Shown: positions 61,172 to 64,000 of the stretch, piece by piece
How positions within the stretch are numbered: the stretch's first letter is position 1
Layout of the letters: every line of letters begins with the position of its first letter
DNA from: Isurus oxyrinchus
Taxonomy: Eukaryota
Direction of reading: 5' to 3'
DNA: 64,000 nucleotides
Assembly: GCA_026770705.1 (NCBI GenBank)
Contig: JANJGN010000026.1
Span: 32,240,001-32,304,000, forward strand
Notes under the pieces: generated by a model
Told to the model about the DNA's origin: nothing
The model's database searches: none
What the model saw: the letters and a program-made list of their open reading frames with translations, nothing else
Program-made: the position numbers and the translations under genes

Positions 61172-62580
61172 ACCTGCCCGGGAAATTGCAGGTCGATTAG
61201 CTCGACCTCAGTCATTGGCAAGATTTTAGAGTCCATTATTAAGGATGAGATTTCAGAATACTTGGAAGTGCATGTAAAATCGGGCAAAGTCAGCATGGTT
61301 TCATCAAGGGGAGGTCATGCCTGACAAATCTGTTAGAATTCCTTGAGGAGGTAATGAGTAGGTTAGACAAAGGAGAGCCAATAGATGTTATCTACTTGGA
61401 CTTCCAGAAGGCCTTTGACAAGGTGCCGCACAGGAGGCTGCTCAGTAAAATAAGAGCCCATAGTGTTAAAGGCAAGGTAATAGCATGGATAGAAGACTGG
61501 CTGTCTGGCAGGATGCAGAGAGTGGGGATAAAGGGGTCCTTCTCAGGATAGCGGCCAGTGACTAGTGGCGTTCCGCAGGCATCAGTGTTGGGACCACAAC
61601 TTTTCACTTTATACATTAATGATCTAGCTGAAGGAACTGAGGGCATCCTGGCTAAGTTTACAGTTGATACAAAGATAGGTGGAGGGACAGGTAGTATTGA
61701 GGAGGTGGGGAGGCTGCAGAAGGATTTGGACAGGTTAGGAGAATGGGCAAAGAAGTGGCAGATGGAAAACAACGTGCGCAAGTGTGAGGTCATGCACTTT
61801 GGTAGGAAGAATAGAGGCATAGACTATTTTCTAAATGGGGAGAGAATTCAGAAATCTAGAGTGCAAAGGGACTTGGGAGTCCTACTCCAGGATTCTCTTA
61901 AGTTTAACTTGCAGGTCGATGCAGTAGTTAGGAAGGCAAATGCAACGTTGGCATTTATTTCGATAGGACTAGAATATAAAAGCAGGGATGTGCTGCTGAG
62001 GCTTTATAAGGCTCTGGTCAGACCACATTTAGAATATTGTGAGCAATTTGGGGCCCCATATTTCAGGAAGGATGTGCTGGCCCTGAAGAGGGTGCAGAGG
62101 AGGTTCACGAGAATGATCCCAGGAATGAAAGGCTTAACATATGAGGAACATTGGAGGACTCTGGGTCTATATTCGATGGAGTTTAGAAAGATGAGAGGGG
62201 ATCTGATTGAAACTTACAGAATACTGAAAGGCCTGGATCGAGTGGATGTGGGGAAGATGTTGCCATTAGTAGGAGGGACTAGGACCCGAGGGCACAGCCT
62301 CAGAGTAACCTTTTAGAACAGAGATGAGGAGAAACTTCTTTAGCCAGAGAGTGGTGAATCTATGGAATTCATTGCCACACAAGGCTATGGAGGCCAGGTC
62401 ATTGAGTGTATTTAAGAACGAGATAGATAGGTTCTTGATTGGTAAGGGGATCAAAGGTTACAGGGAGAAGGCGGGAGAATGGGGTTGAGAAACTTATCAG
62501 CCATGATTGAATGGCGGCGCAGACGCGATGGGCCAAATGGTTTAATTTCTGCTCCTATGTCTTATAACCTTATCGTCTTA
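61172..62580 (+). mobile_element. CR1 LINE, 5'-truncated
   Basis: YLDFQKAFDKVPH, SGVPQASVLGPQLF, RGDLIETY; tail identical in family to 32421-32706. Confidence 0.93.
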
Positions 62581-62739
62581 TGTCCCTGCATTACACTAGG
62601 TGATGTCTAACCACATCGAACCCGTGCTGTACCTGCCCTGGGAGTATTTAATATGGCAATGGAGAGGGAGCTTTAAATTCTGTGCCTACCTCCATGCTGC
62701 ATCTGCCCTGGGAGTGTTTTATGGGACAGTAGACCCCGT

Positions 62740-63200
62740 GTCAATATTGCACTCGACCATGACCCTGTCCCTGCTTATATTACACAGACCAGATCCTGTC
62801 TCATTTTATATTACACTAGACGCTGTCTCAGTTTGCATTACAGTAGACCCTGTCACAGTTTATATTCCGCTCGCCATGTCTCTGTTTATATTATACTCGA
62901 CATGTCTCTGTTTATACAGCACGTGACACTGTCTCTGTTTATACCACACTAGACTCTGTCTTTGTTTGTATTACATTAGGCTCTCTCCCTGTTTATATCG
63001 CACTTGATATGTTTCTGTTTATATTACACTGGACATGTCTCTGTTTATATTATACTAGACATGTCTCTCTTTATAATACACTAGACCCTGTCTCATATTC
63101 ATCTAGACCTGACTCTGTATTGAAGTAGGTGTTGCCTCAGTTCTGCACTAGATCATCTTTGTATCTAAATTACATTAGACCCTGCCTCAATTATTACTGC
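62740..63200. repeat. Monomeric ~27-bp relative of the satellite, in opposite orientation
   Basis: Repeating actagaccctgtctc(t/a)gtttatattac. Confidence 0.7.
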
Positions 63201-64000
63201 ACTGCACAATGTGGAGATTGGTTGGGGTGGAAATAGTAAAGGTAAAACAGCAAGATGGTGGGAACAGTAATAATGCAAAAATTCTTTAGAGAACAATTAG
63301 CATGGGTGCCTTTTCCGATGTTGTGACTTGTTCTGCCTGCATCCCACATTTATGTTCATAAACTACAGATCTCTCTTATCTTGCAGCTGTTTAAATTAAA
63401 GCATTTAACTCCTATTTCCAGGGCCTAGTGTGATGAAGTAAGGGAATATACTAATGCATTATAAACAGAAAACAATTACATAAATAACTCAGACAGGGTC
63501 TAGTGTTACAGAAACAGAGACATGGACTAGAGCAGTAACAATGAATCAGGCCCAGCATAATATGAGCAGAGACATGGCGAAGTGCAACAATATTGACACC
63601 CAAGTCCTGAAGTCCCACAGAACCAGATAAGATATGGGTGGAGATACGTCTTGGTGATTTCCACTTATTGCCCTCACTCAGCTGATGAACATGTACTCCT
63701 TCATTTTTAGCACTGCTTGGAAGAAACACTGAAGGTAGCAAGGGCAATGAATGTGCCGTGGATTTGCAAAGTCAATTACCATTTGACAGGACCTCTAGTG
63801 ACCAAGCTGGATGAGTCTTGAATGATGTGTCTGCCAGACTGGACCTGCCACAGATTGTGATAGGAAAACTTTACCTGATCTCCGGCCCGTCACACTATTA
63901 ATATAGGTAGAGTGACACGTGCGCTGTCCTTGCAGAAACCAAGGCTGCTGTTCACATTGAGCACATTCTCCATTGTGTTCTGGGGCACTGTCACTGTGCT

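Noticed and set aside
63960-64000. J-like stretch CATTGTG-TTCTGGGGCACTGTCACTGTG (FWGTVTV)
   Set aside because: No nonamer at 12 or 23 nt and the F/W-G-x-G motif is incomplete; it also lies at the window edge.

Overview
This window is vertebrate DNA, most likely from a cartilaginous fish (shark). That is an inference from the repeats (SacSINE1/DeuSINE-like SINEs, CR1 LINEs, shark-type Penelope elements) and the V-gene style. Positions 1-41.4 kb are a dense array of T-cell receptor alpha/delta-type V gene segments, each with a leader exon, a V exon and a 3' RSS (about 23-bp spacer). I count about 23 segments (11 on +, 12 on -) plus orphan leader/promoter relics. Only two are fully intact (10985-11474 on -, 25678-26115 on +). 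One more has an intact V exon and RSS but a CTG where the leader ATG should be (197-620). One is open but has Cys104->Arg (35601-36073). The rest are pseudogenes. No D, J or C segment was recognised. The array contains an ~8-kb inverted duplication (6.7-14.9 kb vs 33.7-41.4 kb) with a nested tandem duplication. Positions 41.4-64 kb have no V genes and consist mostly of CR1 and Penelope remnants and a 5.3-kb 54-bp (2x27) satellite. The most interesting observations are: CTCF-like motifs about 24 bp downstream of V RSSs; a clade-wide 24-bp RSS spacer; a 22-bp-phased CRE array kept in front of dead V genes; a tRNA-Leu/CR1-tail chimeric retrocopy with a putative TSD; and hammerhead-like motifs in Penelope ends. 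All coordinates and alignments were read by eye and may be off by a few bases.
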